A DNA stretch of 64,000 nucleotides from Haliotis rubra (lineage: Eukaryota). The first letter of the stretch is position 1. Each line of letters opens with the position of its first letter. Below the pieces are notes generated by a model. The model was not told where the DNA came from. It saw only the letters and a program-made list of their open reading frames with translations, and did no database searches. The translations under genes were made by a program, and so were the position numbers. Below are positions 1 to 13,649 of the stretch, in pieces. The stretch spans positions 558,001-622,000 of the forward strand of contig NW_025766956.1 in NCBI RefSeq assembly GCF_003918875.1, in the 5' to 3' direction.

Positions 1-84
1 CCTGATCATGAGAGACGCGTGTGGAAGCGGAGAGTGCTGAAGAAGGTGCACATGACCCGTAAAGATAAAGAGAGATTGTTATAG
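1..84 (+). CDS. possible 3' end of the last coding exon of an unidentified upstream gene
   Basis: Frame 1 is open from the window edge (PDHERRVWKRRVLKKVHMTRKDKERLL*), followed by AT-rich UTR-like sequence with AATAAA at 634-639. No homology recognised. Confidence 0.3.
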   Translation, partial: PDHERRVWKRRVLKKVHMTRKDKERLL

Positions 85-789
85 CATATACCAGCTGAAA
101 TTGTAGTCAGCTATAATTGTTTGGACTTTATAGTATTGTGTTTAAAGTATCAACTGTGTTAACAATAATGTCGAGAGTGTGGGCGGAGATTGTGACTACA
201 GGGATGTGATGTCTTTTATGGAAGTATTCCAGTGTTGAAATGTTCCAGCCAATATATGTGTGGAAATTATGTTTGTTATCATCATGAAGGTCTGATCAGT
301 TTAATTTCTTGTTAAATGTTTTCTCTTAGTCGCTATGCAAGAGAAATATAACAACATATTGTTGTCAGAATTAAAATAGGCTCATTTCTTCAAAGCAACA
401 TCTTTGAACAAAAGTTCAAAACTAGAAACAACTGATATATATTTACCGAAGTTACACTCAAAGTTTGTGCAACAGGAAAATGGCTTGACTTCCCAAGAAC
501 AGGTATGGGTACCTTGTGATGCTTATATAGTCAAGTTCTATTGTATGTGCTATCCTATGTGATTATTTATGTAGTTAAAGTAAGATATTAATAGGATGAT
601 ATACAATGTGCAAACTGTCGGCTGTTAGTGTGTAATAAAACAGTTATGTAGCATAAAGGGATATTCTTTTGTATTAACCTTCTAGCAGATGTGGTTGATG
701 ACTCTCGAGATACACCACTAAACACAACATACACTTTGGATTAGCTGTGAACCACTGTAGACTTTAATCATTATTGCAAATGGACACAT

Positions 790-1657
790 CATAACACAAC
801 ACACGGCATGTAGAGGATATACTGTGTACCACATATACACAACACATGACAATGTAGAGGATATACTGTGTAGCACAGACACAACACACGGCATGTAGAG
901 GATATACTGTGTACCACATATACACAACACATGGCAATGTAGAGGATATACTGTGTAGCACAGAGACACAACACACGGCAATGTAGAGGATATACTGTGT
1001 ACCACATAGACTGTAGAGGATATATACACCACATAAACACAATGTAGAGGATATACTGTGTACCACATAGACACAACACACACAATGTAGGATACTGTGT
1101 ACCACATAGACACAACACACAGCAATGTAGAGGATATACTGTGTACCACATAGACACAACACATGGCAATGTAGAGGATATACTGTGTACCACATAGACA
1201 CAACACACGGCAATGTAGAGGATATACTGTGTACCACATAGACACAACACACAGCAATGTAGAGGATATACTGTGTACCACATAGACACAACACATGGCA
1301 ATGTAGAGGATATACTGTGTACCACATAGACACAACACATGGCAATGTAGAACACATGGCAATGTAGACGGGATATACTGTGTACCACATAGACAACACA
1401 TGGCAATGTAGAGGATATATACTGTGTACCACCATATAGACACAACATGGCAATGTAGAGGATATACTGTGTACCACATAGACACAACACATGGCAATGT
1501 AGAGGATATACTGTGTACCACATAGACACAACACACGGCAATGTAGAGGATATACTGTGTACCACATAGACACAACACACGGCAATGTAGAGGATATACT
1601 GTGTACCACATAGCCACAACACACAGCAATGTAGTGGATATACTGTGACACATAGAC
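790..1657. repeat. 44-bp minisatellite, ~19 units
   Basis: Tandem unit CAATGTAGAGGATATACTGTGTACCACATAGACACAACAC(A/G)(T/C)GG; explains the repetitive ORFs at 718-1787. Confidence 0.95.
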
Positions 1658-1794
1658 AAGATACGCTATGCGAATACAATTTGGATTTGACAAAACACAA
1701 CAACAACAACACCAACAAAAGAAACGTTATGAAACCGTCGTGGAAATACTGCAACATTATGTTTGAGATATCCGTAGCAAGTAACATACCATAT

Positions 1795-1923
1795 CATGGG
1801 CGGATCCAGGAATTTTGAGGAAAAAAAATCTTCAGTGTGGTCTTGAGTCATTTTCAAAAGGGGAGTTCGAACCAAAACCCCACCCCCCACCCCCACCCCA
1901 CCCCCTTTCTGGATCCGCCAATG
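1795..1923. mobile_element. short MITE-like element
   Basis: Terminal inverted repeats CATGGGCGGATCCAG / CTGGATCCGCCAATG, flanked by a 6-bp direct repeat CCATAT (1789-1794, 1924-1929). Confidence 0.7.
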
Positions 1924-2364
1924 CCATATGATAACCGTTTCTTGTTGGTGTTACTTTAAACTGCTATCCAACATGGATGTGTAAAATATCTTTTGCGCGG
2001 TTTAGGATTGTTGTGTGATTTGATCCCAAGAAATATATTCCGTTCCGTTTTGCTTGTTCAATATGATACATGTTATGTTTAATACAGTGTAAGTAAGGAA
2101 CAGAAACCAACACTTCAATCTCGCAAGGGGACACCGGTGACCCAGGCGTCTGTCGAGTCATAAGTCGCGGTACAGAGTTGCGCCCCTTTGCAATTCGAGA
2201 AACCTGTGCATATGATTGTGGGTTCGAATCCCAGTTATGTTTTATGTCTATGCACCAAACCCGTGCTCGTATGTATCACCAGTGTCGTAGACGTCATCAC
2301 AATTGGCTTTCACCCCACACTGTTACTAGAGGCCATTCACCAAACCCACTCTCTATATCTCAGA

Positions 2365-2530
2365 GGGGCGGTGGGGTAGCCTAGTGGTTAAAGAGTTCGC
2401 TCGTCCCGCCGAAGACCCGCGTTCGATTCCCCACATGGGTACAATGTGTTAAGCCCATTTGTGGTGTCCCCGCCGTGATATTGCTGGAATATTACTAAAA
2501 GCGGCGTAAAACCAAACTCACTCACTCACT
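2365..2530 (+). mobile_element. tRNA-derived SINE, family A (~165 bp)
   Basis: A-box TAGCCTAGTGG, B-box GTTCGATTCC, (CACT)n tail. Other copies: ~4110-4270(-), 9809-9962(+), 12245-12305(+, 5'-truncated), 13650-13802(+), 13830-13997(-), 21840-21990(+), 53066-53200(-), 59125-59290(-), 60786-60941(-), 61031-61165(-). Confidence 0.85.
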
Positions 2531-5500
2531 CCGAACACAAGACCCATATAACGAGATGTCTGTTCTACCAGCGATTTGTGCAGACCTAAGTGTGGTAATT
2601 GGTTGATTGTGTGTCATCGTACCGGACATCTAGTCTGTCTCACAGTCCCTGAACCATTGTTTGTGGGAATATTGCTAAACCATACTCGCTTGCTCTATAC
2701 CTATATCGTAAAGTTTGAGTGTTTGTGAGGGGGGTAATGTTATCAAAGATTCAACACTATTTCTAATAATATTATCGGACATACATGTACATGTATTGAC
2801 TGCTCCGCGATCAGTGGTAGGATCTTGGTGAGAGATTTGAAGCCCACACTCGCAGCGGAAAAGTTAAGTCGGTATTATTTAATTATGTAACACACCGTCA
2901 TTGGTGTAACAGCGCGATAAGAAGGGTCATGATCGCAGCTCCAACAGCTTACAGGTATAATCCGTACAATCACAGGGTAAATCTGGCCCCTGTCCCCGGA
3001 GTCAATCACCGATCCCAGCCTGGCTGTCGCTGCCCTGCAGACTGGCGGCTATATGAGCGTTTTGGTGGCCACTGGCACAGCAGTCAAGTGAGACATCTAC
3101 CTCAGAACGTCTGTGACAACTGCTGGAGTGAAGAGTGTTGTAGGAAGACATCGCTTATCGTGGAGGCAACTGGTACGGTAAGAACAAGCTTGTGGTTCCT
3201 TATACCGTCAGTGATCGGTTTGTGATGAAAATATCACTGTAAATCAATCACTTACCACTAAGGTACCACCTACATACAATCCGAAACATACACACAATAA
3301 TGTTAATCAGTCAACTGGTGCTTAGATTGAACAGTAGAAATGAGCCATGTGGTTAATAGACTTAATATTTAGAAAAAATTGAATATTCCCAGTTATTCAG
3401 GAAATTACAATAAAATCGGCCTGACTCGACCAATACGCCTTCTTGTGAAAAGAACAAATGGATATACTGTTCCATGTTCAAGGAATCATTAAACAGTCAA
3501 AAAGATCTAAAAATTGTTTTCAGTTTCAATGAAAACATTATTTCTTAGAGAATATAGCTTACACCAAAGTACTATACAACTTAAAACGATTTTTTCTGAA
3601 TAGTTTCTCTTGAGAGCCAAATTTTGAAACGTGGTAAATCTTTCTAAGGTACCCTGGATATTTATACATGGAATGGTATGTATTGTGAAACGGTCTGTGC
3701 GGCCAAGCTAGCCCGCCCAGGCTGTAATCGGATATTGGCGGGATAGGTATGTGTACATGTACGTCATTGGGACTGGACTACAATTATGTCATTATAGAGT
3801 TTCCTTACATTCGCCATGTTCTCTCATGTGATGTTATCAGCGGTAGACCTCTTGCGTTCTGGGGAAAAAATCATTATGTTTTGTGAAAATACATGACTTA
3901 CTTCAGCCAGGTCCGTAGAAAGAAACACATCAGAGGGGAGTGGGGGACTAAATCCGGAGCTGCAAATGACCTATCTGTGGGGAGGAGTGAGGGTGTGTTG
4001 GGTGCCTGTTGGGGAGATGGATCATCGTTCGTGATGTGACCTGACCAAGTAATTACTTTCGTGATTTTATAGATACCGTAATGTCTACACACTTGAGTAT
4101 TATCAGTGAATGGGTGAGTTAGTTAAGTTTTACGCCGCTTTCAGCAATACACCAGCATTATCACTTTGGGGGACACCAGAAGTGGGTTTCACACATTTAA
4201 ACCATGGGGAATCGAAGTCGGGTCTTCGGCGTGACGAGCGAACGATAATATTAACCATATTGGCTACCCTTACTTCAGTTGTTTAATGTAAGTAATCATT
4301 TTAATTTATACTAGGAAATGTATACCTTCAAACACACGAGTAAGTGTGTTACACCAAAGGACGGTATCAAAATTTCATCTGAGCTTATTTCACAGGCATG
4401 CGTACTTACAAAACTGGCCATTAAATGACATATTGCTGGGAAAACAATTCTATGAGCGAAATTTTTCACTATTTTCCATTTAACAACAAAATTCCCTGAA
4501 ACGGAATACATGTTGTTTTGGAGATAAGCACATTTTGCCAATTAATTCAATTATAATTAACTCAGTTGAGATTTATAGTACATTAAGTATACATATTTGG
4601 TGAAATGGGTATTGGATTGTAGATTACTTGATGCGGATATCACAAGTGTAGTGCAGTAACACCTGGTATATTCATTGTATGTCATTCCCAGATATTCCAA
4701 ATAACTTCAGTGTATTTAACAACATATCGAGTGATGGTTTTAGCAAGCGATGGCGTACGACCTTAGGATAGCGATACCGACGCACCGAATGAATATCGAG
4801 CAACGGCTACTTTGTTAAACGGACGTGACTTCAGACGTTAACGTCATTTCTAACCTCATCTAAAGTTGTTTTGTATGGAGTGACTTTGTCGATCTGTACA
4901 AATAGCTGTACCCAGTCATTCCAAGAAAGGCTTATATAAGATACTAACGAAAGGGTAGTATTTGATTACAGTGATTAATTTCAACTGTAACTTTCCTGTA
5001 ACAAACGATGACGGTTGGTACAAGATAATTAAAGCTCAAAGGTATCATTTCACTGCACTTATACTTTCACACCTAGAGATCAAATAAAATACACGGGTCC
5101 TGACTTGTGTTCGTTTCCATGGTTATCGTGAGTTATAGAAAATACTGAAGAAGACTTAGTGTTTGATCTGACATGAAGTTAAGCCCCTTGAGAATAACAG
5201 TACAAATCCGACCAAACATTATTTTTAACATGGATTCAGGGACACGCACAAATACTACATGTTCTACACAACCTCTCGAGCCTTTATTACAGGATAAGAG
5301 AGGCATTCTTGGTCGATAGCGGGCTATAATTGAATGGCAAGCTGGTCTGTATCCTCGTATAACATGGCCACCTTTGTAGAAACAGACATGAGCTCAAAAT
5401 TGTGTACCGTATACCCTCATGCAGGGAACGATCAGATTGAACATTGTTGTACGCGCTAAGGGGAGCAGAAAACGGCTCACTGTAATCTGCAATGATTAAC

Positions 5501-5884
5501 TCGCTACACAGATGTATTTGATCGTTGACCAGTATAAGTAGTTTTTGCGTTTTAACATTAATGTTGAATTATTTTTCAAGATTAACAATGGCCATGGACA
5601 TGTTCCGTCCTTTCAAATTTGTTTTCGTCACTATGGCCTTTTTTCGAGACTGCTGACTCGATTTGTTTCATATTTATCAGTTAATAATGCCCTGTATTAC
5701 ATCGATCTATCTTACTTCACTTACTGCCACAATGAAACGTCAAGACACATACTGGAATAGACAACACACCAGGAAAAAATAGCTATTTGAAACCTGTATA
5801 CATGTACTCCATTTCCCTTCAATGATTGAGGAAGGAATGTAGATCCACAGAAACCCATGTTGTAAGAAGCCGGTCACTTGGTTG

Positions 5885-6118
5885 GTTGGTTGGTTGTTTA
5901 ACGCAATATTCCAACTATATGGCGGCGGTCTGTAAATAATCGAATCTGGACCAGGCAATCCAGTGGTCGACAGTAGGAGCATCGATCTACGTAATTGGGA
6001 TACGATGACATGGGTCAGTCTAGTCAATGAGCCTGACCATGACCCCGGTTTAATGAAGACCAATTCTTACCGACCCCTGTTTAATGAAGACCAATTCTAA
6101 CCCGGATCATCACGGGTC
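5885..6118 (-). mobile_element. non-autonomous retroposon, family B
   Basis: Reverse complement of the family B element; target-site duplication (TSD) CGGTCACTTGGTTG. Confidence 0.8.
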
Positions 6119-6640
6119 GGTCACTTGGTTGACTGTATGTAACCTGGCCTAACTGCGTGTGTTGATGCTTATGATGTCAATCACTAGACCTTATGTTCTT
6201 GACTCGATTATTTACATGCCGCCGTCCTGTCACTGGGCTATTAAAACAAAACTCAAAACCAAAACAATCACTAATTTTAACTAAACTCTTTACTAGAAAC
6301 TAAACATATAACCTGAGAAGGAATATTTGTGTTGAACAACGTGTATGTATTGTCATTTGTTCAAGATATCATCTATATAGGTTATTCGGGTGTACATAAG
6401 GACATTGTGCCAAACGACGGAGCAAATTTATTATTTTCCCACACTCCAGCACGTTAGAAAAGTGAGAAAAATACAGCGTATTCCTTCACTTTCACGCCAT
6501 ACATTAGAAATCAAACTGGATCCAAAAACAGCTTCTGTCACGATTAATGCCAGACTACTACTAATTATTCCTTTCGTTTAATTTGGGACAGAAATCGCCA
6601 TGACCGCGTGACGCCCAGAGATCATCTATCTTTTGTCGTC

Positions 6641-6922
6641 ATGCCTGTTATGTGGAAATGTCCGGGACAACCCACCTGCCGGAAGATATATCTCTACACA
6701 CGGGGTCTCAAAGCACACATACCAAGCTGTAAACATGCTCTCAGAAAAGAAGTCCAGAAAAAGCGCGAGGTGATGGAGACGATGTTGTCCATCATCCACT
6801 TCGTGGAGGACCAGCAGAAAGGGAACGTGACGGTATCCAGGCTAGGCGTGCCCTCCTTCAGGGTGGAGAGGCCGGTATTCTCGAGGGTGAGCAACACGGG
6901 GTCTGAGGGTGAACTGGGCTAG
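6641..6922 (+). CDS. orphan 93-aa ORF with one C2HC (C2H2-like) zinc finger
   Basis: ATG to TAG, intronless; WKCPGQPTCRKIYLYTRGLKAHIPSC fits C-x5-C-x3-Y-x5-L-x2-H-x3-C; followed by a basic helix; locally GC-richer than its flanks. Confidence 0.4.
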   Translation: MPVMWKCPGQPTCRKIYLYTRGLKAHIPSCKHALRKEVQKKREVMETMLSIIHFVEDQQKGNVTVSRLGVPSFRVERPVFSRVSNTGSEGELG

Positions 6923-6968
6923 AGGCCTGTGATCTATAAAGGGTGGGGTTTGCGTTGGGGAGGAAACC

Positions 6969-7080
6969 ACAGGGGCGTGTCACGCTTAGAAACAGCGTTA
7001 TCCTTATATACAGTACTAGGGTAGGGTCTATATACCTATATGTCTTTCTAACGCTGTTTCTAAGCGTGACACGCCCCTGT
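6969..7080. mobile_element. 112-bp MITE with 32-bp perfect terminal inverted repeats and 10-bp TSD (Mutator-like)
   Basis: ACAGGGGCGTGTCACGCTTAGAAACAGCGTTA / TAACGCTGTTTCTAAGCGTGACACGCCCCTGT; GGAGGAAACC duplicated at 6959-6968 and 7081-7090. Confidence 0.85.
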
Positions 7081-7574
7081 GGAGGAAACCGCAGTTGGCC
7101 CGTGTATGCTACTGCCCTCATTAACTGTTGAGATTCCGTGGTTTTCATATTATTTATGAAAAGTGCGTAATCACATAGTAAAAAACAGGGAGTAAGTATA
7201 AAAAGTGGAAATGAACTGAAACCAGTTTTATTCCTATTGTTTGAAATATGCCCGTGTTGATGAAACATTATGGCTGAATTGTTTTATATTGTACACTGAA
7301 ACAGTAATGAAGACTACAGAATACTGGATACCTTCCGCCATCTTCGAAAGACGCGAGTTTACTTGGGTTAGTGTAAGGTTTAGGGTGAAATGACACTAAA
7401 CAATATGGCTGGAAGGTATCAGGTATTCTATAGGTGTACCGACATGGCCTCAGAGGGTAATTGTTTTATCGGCATTGTAGAAGTTGGTGAGTCAATAGTA
7501 AAGCATACGACGTGGATAACGACTTTTTTTATTGCAGAGTGCGACCTTTCGGTGTAGGTTTTCGGTGTTGTAAC

Positions 7575-9625
7575 TCCTAAATGTATATATGTGTTGTCGA
7601 TGTGCTATGCAGGTAACAGGAATAAACAGTGTGAGCTCCAATAAAACTGGATTCAATCACTGCACTCCCCATGGAACCGCACCCGCGTTCTCTCTGAGCG
7701 TGTACTGCTAGCTACAAAGATGAATGTATGAATCGCGCGACCTTCATTACGATTCCGATATCATCACAGCCAATACAGGCTGGTTTAATGACGCAAATTA
7801 AGGCCCACTGTACATTTTTTAATAATCCTCCCCTGAAGACGATTTTGTTTCTGAAAAGTTGATTTGATCAGAGACCATATAATATATTATATGGTCTCTG
7901 ATTTGATACAAGACAAAACTTGGAAGACTCCATGTGTTCGGTTGTAGTTTGTTTACGGTCAAAGGGAAGTAATCATGTATGTATAAGAGTTAACTCCCTT
8001 GTCTTTATAACTCCGCACAGTGTTCCATTTACAACTTCGCACACGGCGTGTGCCCTTATTCAAAGGGAGCTAATCGCGAGCAACAAATTAAGAGTTGTGT
8101 CCCTTGTCCCAAAGGGAGGTAAGTATGTTTGTAAACGGGTAAACCAGATTATCAAGTTATTTCCCTTTGACCATAGATCAACGGCATGCCGCCTAAATCT
8201 AAATGTGTGTTATCGATGTGGTATGCAGGTAACAGGAATAAACATGATGGGCTCCGGGCTCCAATAAAGCTGAATTCAATCATTGCACTCCAGATGTAAC
8301 CGAACCCGTGTTCACTCGAAGCGTATAGATCTACCGCCAGCTTCAAAACACTGAAATGAATGTGTGAATCACTCAATCTTCGTGACACTTGCGATATCAT
8401 CACAGTCAATACAGGCTGGTTTAATGACACAAATTAAGACCCAAAGTACACGTTTTGAATACTCTTCCCCTCAAGGCGATTTTGTTTCTGAAAAGTTGAA
8501 TTGATACAAGACAAAACCTGCAAAAAACTCCATGGTGCTCTGTAGTTTGTTTGCGGTCAAAGGGAAGTAATCATGTATGGACAAGAGTTATCTCCCTTGT
8601 CTATAACTCCGCACAGTGTTCCATTTTAAAACTTCGCACAGGGCGTGTGCCCTCAATCAAAGGGAGCTAATCGCGACCAACACATTAAGAGTTGTGTCCC
8701 TTGTCCCAAAGGGAGGTAAGTACGCTTGTAAACGGGTTAACTATATCATCAACAGTTACTTCCCTTTGACCATTAACGACATAGCGTCAAAATTCAAATG
8801 CTACTTATCACTGTGATATATAGGTAACAGAATAGACCAGGTGGGCAGAATGGACAGTGTGCCCCCCCCAAACGAAAATAAAACAAGCACAAAAACCCAC
8901 TCCAGTGTCCAAATCAGTGCTTATTCCGCAACTTCCAAAATACGGCGATGAATGCATCCAACCGTCCATGGAGTTGTCTCCCTTCGACCAGTACCGGGTA
9001 TAACCTTCGCTATTCTTTCGATATTATCGCTGGAACAAGGCCGGTCTAATTACCTGAATTTAAAACCTATTAAGGTATCCTTTTCCTTTATGCGATTCCT
9101 TTTCTGATTAATTAATTTGGCGCTGACAAAAAAAATCAACGAAATTTCGACGTCGTGATCGGTCATAGCCGGGTTAACTATAATCATCAACAGTTACTTC
9201 CCTTTGACCATTAACGACATAGCGTCAAAATTCAAATGCTACTTATCACTGTGATATATAGGTAACAGAATAGACCAGGTGGGCAGAATGGACAATGTCC
9301 CCCACACACATAACACACATACACACACAACGAAAATAAAACAAGCAAAAAACCCCATTCCAGTGTCCAAATCAGCGCTTATTCCGCAACTTCCAAAATA
9401 CGGCGATGAATGCATCCAACCGTCCATGGAGTTGTCTCCCTTCGACCAGTACCGAGTATAACCTTCGCTATTCTTTCGATATTATCGCTGGAACAAGGCC
9501 GGTCTAATTACCTGAATTTAAAACCTATTAAGGTATTCTTTTCCTTTATGCGATTCCTTTTCTGATTAATTAATTTGGCGCTGACAAAAAATCAACGAAG
9601 TTTCGACGTCGTGATCGGTCATAGT
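7575..9625. repeat. two adjacent tandem duplications (~600 bp diverged; ~437 bp near-identical)
   Basis: ~7575-8175 aligns with ~8195-8775; ~8734-9170 aligns with ~9171-9625. Confidence 0.85.
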
Positions 9626-9808
9626 TTTGTATATGGTCAAGGGGAGATAATCGTGCCTGTTCAAGAGTTAACTACTTACTCCTTTACCTTAATTCCATAC
9701 AGTGTCTCCCTTAAAACAGTTGCGTGCATCATTTTGCATTTGCCACTGAGGGAGTTAAGTCTTCTTTGCAAATGGTTAAGATAATTAACAGTTACTTCCC
9801 TTTGACCA

Positions 9809-9962
9809 GGGGCGGTAAGTTGTTTAATCGTTCACTCGTCACGCCGAAGACCCGGGTTCGAATCCTCACATGGGGACAATGTGTGAAGCCAATTTCTGGT
9901 GTCTCCCGCCGTGATATTGCTGGAATATCGCTAAAAGCGGTGTAAAACTAAACTCACTCACT
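9809..9962 (+). mobile_element. SINE family A with TSD
   Basis: TCCCTTTGACCA flanks both ends. Confidence 0.85.
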
Positions 9963-12900
9963 CCCTTTGACCATCACCTACACGCATCTTCAAATGCAGA
10001 GTCATATGAGAATAAGCCGGTATGACACGAAATTCGAATGAAACGGACGCTGTTGGTGCGCGGACAATGAAACGACATCTATGCCCACTCACTCAGCCGG
10101 TATATTTCTACAAAACACTGTAAGGAGTGAAAGCCTGTATGGTGTTGTCTCACTTTGACCTGGGTACGAACCCAGTGTGTTACCTTCAATGCTGAGGACT
10201 CATCCCTGCCACCAGGGAGACTATTGTTGTAGAGTATCCCTGCTGCCACGTAGCCTGAAATAAATCTACCCGAGATAGAAATTAATATTGAGAAATGCTA
10301 CCAGACAGTGCTAACAACAGGTGCGCCCAACCCCCTTTGTGAAATCCGTATGAGTAACAATGTTCGTACGAATTTCCTTAGATAGATGGGTACCTCGCAC
10401 TCGATGATATTTGCGTCGATTCAGCTCAAACGTGAATGGATTTTAAGCAAAACAACCTCGATCTAAACAAAAAGAATAGCCCCAGAGTTCCCGAATGCAG
10501 AATTTCAGAGATCCCAATAGGTGGGGAGCGCCCAGAATACCTTTGTAGGCACCACATTTTGAGTGAGTGAGTTTAGTTTTACACCGCACTCAGAGCAATA
10601 TTCGAGCTATTTGAAGGCGGTCTGTAAATAATCGAATCTGGACCAGACAATCCAGTGAACAACATCATGATCTACCCAGTTTCAGCGAGACCGACGATTT
10701 GTGAACTAAAGATTGTGAAGAGTAAAACCCGATTCAGTAGACAATGAACGCTAACATGCGAAATCAATGCTCTTGAATTGGCACGCCGAAAACCCCTGGA
10801 CTAAGCTCTGCCTCCAGTGTGCTTGGGGCTTACATTTTACATATGATTACCTTCAAGCGAGGGGACAAAAGTTCAAGCTTGCCAATTTGACAATATACTT
10901 GGGCTGTAACGATGCATCGAACTATCGATGGATTGCAATTGAGTGTCCAATAGCAATTAATCGATGGCAGAACTGATGCACGATGCATTGATAATGTGTG
11001 TGACTATCGGTAGTTTAGTAATTCCGTTGATAAATTCGCAGCGCAAAATACAGGATATTTGGGTGCAGACTTGCAGCTTCATTGAGTTTATGTTTTAACA
11101 GTTTACTTGATCTGAGTTTCAAATTTCTTGTCAGTTATCCACAAACCTGTTAGGTTGTTTTGGGCATTCAAGTTTATAATGACATTGTGATTTTTAACAG
11201 CTGTTAGGGCATTGTATACAATTGAGGCAATTCCAAAACATTACATTGCAGCTCCCTCCGGAGGCGAAGAGGACGCGGTTGTCCCGGGAACAGATGGGAG
11301 GTTATCCAATACTGGAAGAAATACAGTCGGGTGGTACAGCTAACTCGTAAACCCGGGTGGTTCTATTTGGATAGTTTCTGTATGAGTAACTTCCCTTTGG
11401 ATTCTCTGTATGTGATAATATGAACACTCTAACGCCAAGTGAAATGTTTCGGCGTGGAATACTCAATAACACATACTTATTTGAAGAGGTGTTTACGTCC
11501 TAAATCAATCATGGTTTTAATTGTTGTCAAATATTCGTTAGCATTTTGAAGTTAATTGCAGTGAGTCGGTAGCCTCGATGTGTTTCCATAACATATGAAT
11601 GACTGTTACACTGTGTTGGTATTACCTAGTTTCGATCCATTTCACTGTGACGATAGTGGAGATAATACTGTAGTCTACATCAACGATTGCTTTACTGTTG
11701 CGCCTCTACAATTTAACAGTGTAGATTTACCTTAAGTATTGGACAAATAGCCTACGTTGTTAATTAATTCGTTCCATTAATTTATTTCTGTTAACACGTT
11801 TTTGAAAAATAAAAAAAAACGTTCTAAAGGACGTTTTCAGGGTCTTTGTATGTCTGCTATTTTACACAAATGAAATCTCCTCTTTGTGTTATGGTAATGT
11901 ATTGAACATTGAAACCCCCTTTTATCGGGAAACTAGCATGTACTTGGAAATGGGACTAGTACGTTTCTGGTTTAGAGATTCGTAAGGTCTCTTCATACAT
12001 GTAAACTCTCCTAACAGTAGTTGTCCTGAAGATCGTTTCCGGATTAGAGGGAACTTGACGAGAGGTGTTTCATGGAAAAGATTTTGTATCACTGTAAGCT
12101 TTACTTTGTTTTAGCTGTGTAACTTTATAGATTGTATGGACCCTTGGGAACTTTCCTGGTTCTTTTAATCAATGTTTTTTATGAAATAAACCTGCAGGAA
12201 TTGAACATGGCCCTAAATCGTTTTGAATGCTTCTTTGTATACACCCGCCGTGATGTTGCTGGAATATTGCTAAAAGCGGCGTAAAACCAAACTCAGTCAG
12301 TCAGTCTTTGTATACACCGGTATCAATGTTGTTTCTGTGTATTTTTATGGCATCAGGAACACTTGTTAGCAACAGTACGGCAGTTGGGTGAGAATATGGT
12401 AACTATTGTTCCAGAGAGGTGGTGGGATAGAACTGAAAGCCGACCGAGATGTATCAGAATCATCCGTATGACACATTACCAACCCAACTATACTCATACT
12501 AAGGAAATAGTGAAATAAGATGTCCTTACTGCTAGAAAAAGTACGTCATTTTCAGACTTCTGGATGGTGCAATCCAAAAACATTTTGGAACCAGGATAAG
12601 ACCAACAAAGACTGGGATCGTCTTAGACATCTTGTTCAAGGAAACCGCAGACTCTACAATGTCGTAACTACGTTCTGGGGAATGTAAGTTCGGACTCTAC
12701 TCTCACATGGTCTACCGAGGGCCGCTACGTCAAGGAGTGAGGGGTCAGACGACCTTGACTCCTAGCTGTCCACATCACATTCATGCACTGATTATCTCAA
12801 CACCAGGTTGTACACTCACGATATTCATCTCCAACTTTATAATATACAATATATGCATTAACATGCAATTTTGTAAAGTGTCACTTTGATTTGTTATTAG

Positions 12901-13265
12901 CACCATCGAATTTGTGCTAATGACGTTGTAAGTTTCCAAATATTTATATTTCGTCAGTATTGTTCGCATTACAAATGAACAGGAACTACTTGCTAATATC
13001 CGACAAGTTGGAAAGTTCACTCCACACAAGGGAGACTGAGCGATTACGGATTTACGCTTGAATACATCGAAAGGCTATAACATTAAAGCGTGTTCAATTA
13101 GGATGGATGGACAAACGGAAGTGCCGCTGTCAGCTAGCCAATGCTTGTCATGAAAAGCAAATATGGATTAGATGGTCCTGCTGCAGATATGGTTAATTCT
13201 GTGTCACCATACTCGTGGGTTGCTGGTACATGCCTATCCTGTACTATGGATCGACTGTAGGAAGT

Positions 13266-13499
13266 GACCCCTGAAGATCCGGGTTAGAATTGATCTTCAG
13301 TAACCCATACTTGTCGTGGGGACTAACGGGATTGGGTGGTCAGACTCGCTGACTTGGTTGACACATGTCGTCGTATCCCAACTACGTAGGTCGATGCTCA
13401 TTGCTCATACTGTTGATCACTCGATTATTTACAGACCGCCATAATAGCTGCAATATTGTTGAGTGTGGCGTAAAACTAAACTGACTGACTCACTCACTC
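13266..13499 (+). mobile_element. non-autonomous retroposon, family B (~240 bp)
   Basis: Starts GACCC, ends (CACT)n; TSD ACTGTAGGAAGT; shares a 3' tail motif (GCTGGAATATTGCT...GGCGTAAAACTAAACTCAC) with family A. Confidence 0.85.
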
Positions 13500-13649
13500 A
13501 CTGTAGGAAGTGATGCAGTTAGTTGACCTTGTCTCCTTGTCATAACAGGTAACTTACCGGATAAAGTGATACGCCTGCAGGTATGATCAGTTCTATGCCA
13601 TTAAACCCCTCGGGCTCGCTTGTAGATAGATGCACAATACACGACAAGA

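Noticed and set aside
718-1787. 300-aa Cys/Val-rich ORFs in three minus frames
   Set aside because: Translation of a 44-bp minisatellite; unit not a multiple of 3 and no gene context.
2929-3225. 98-aa ORF with several Cys
   Set aside because: No recognisable motif, splice context or paralogue.
13266-13345. HDV-like ribozyme assignment for the family B head
   Set aside because: Could not place the L3/P1.1 CC-GG pairing or the canonical helix order; kept only as an unclassified structured-RNA candidate.
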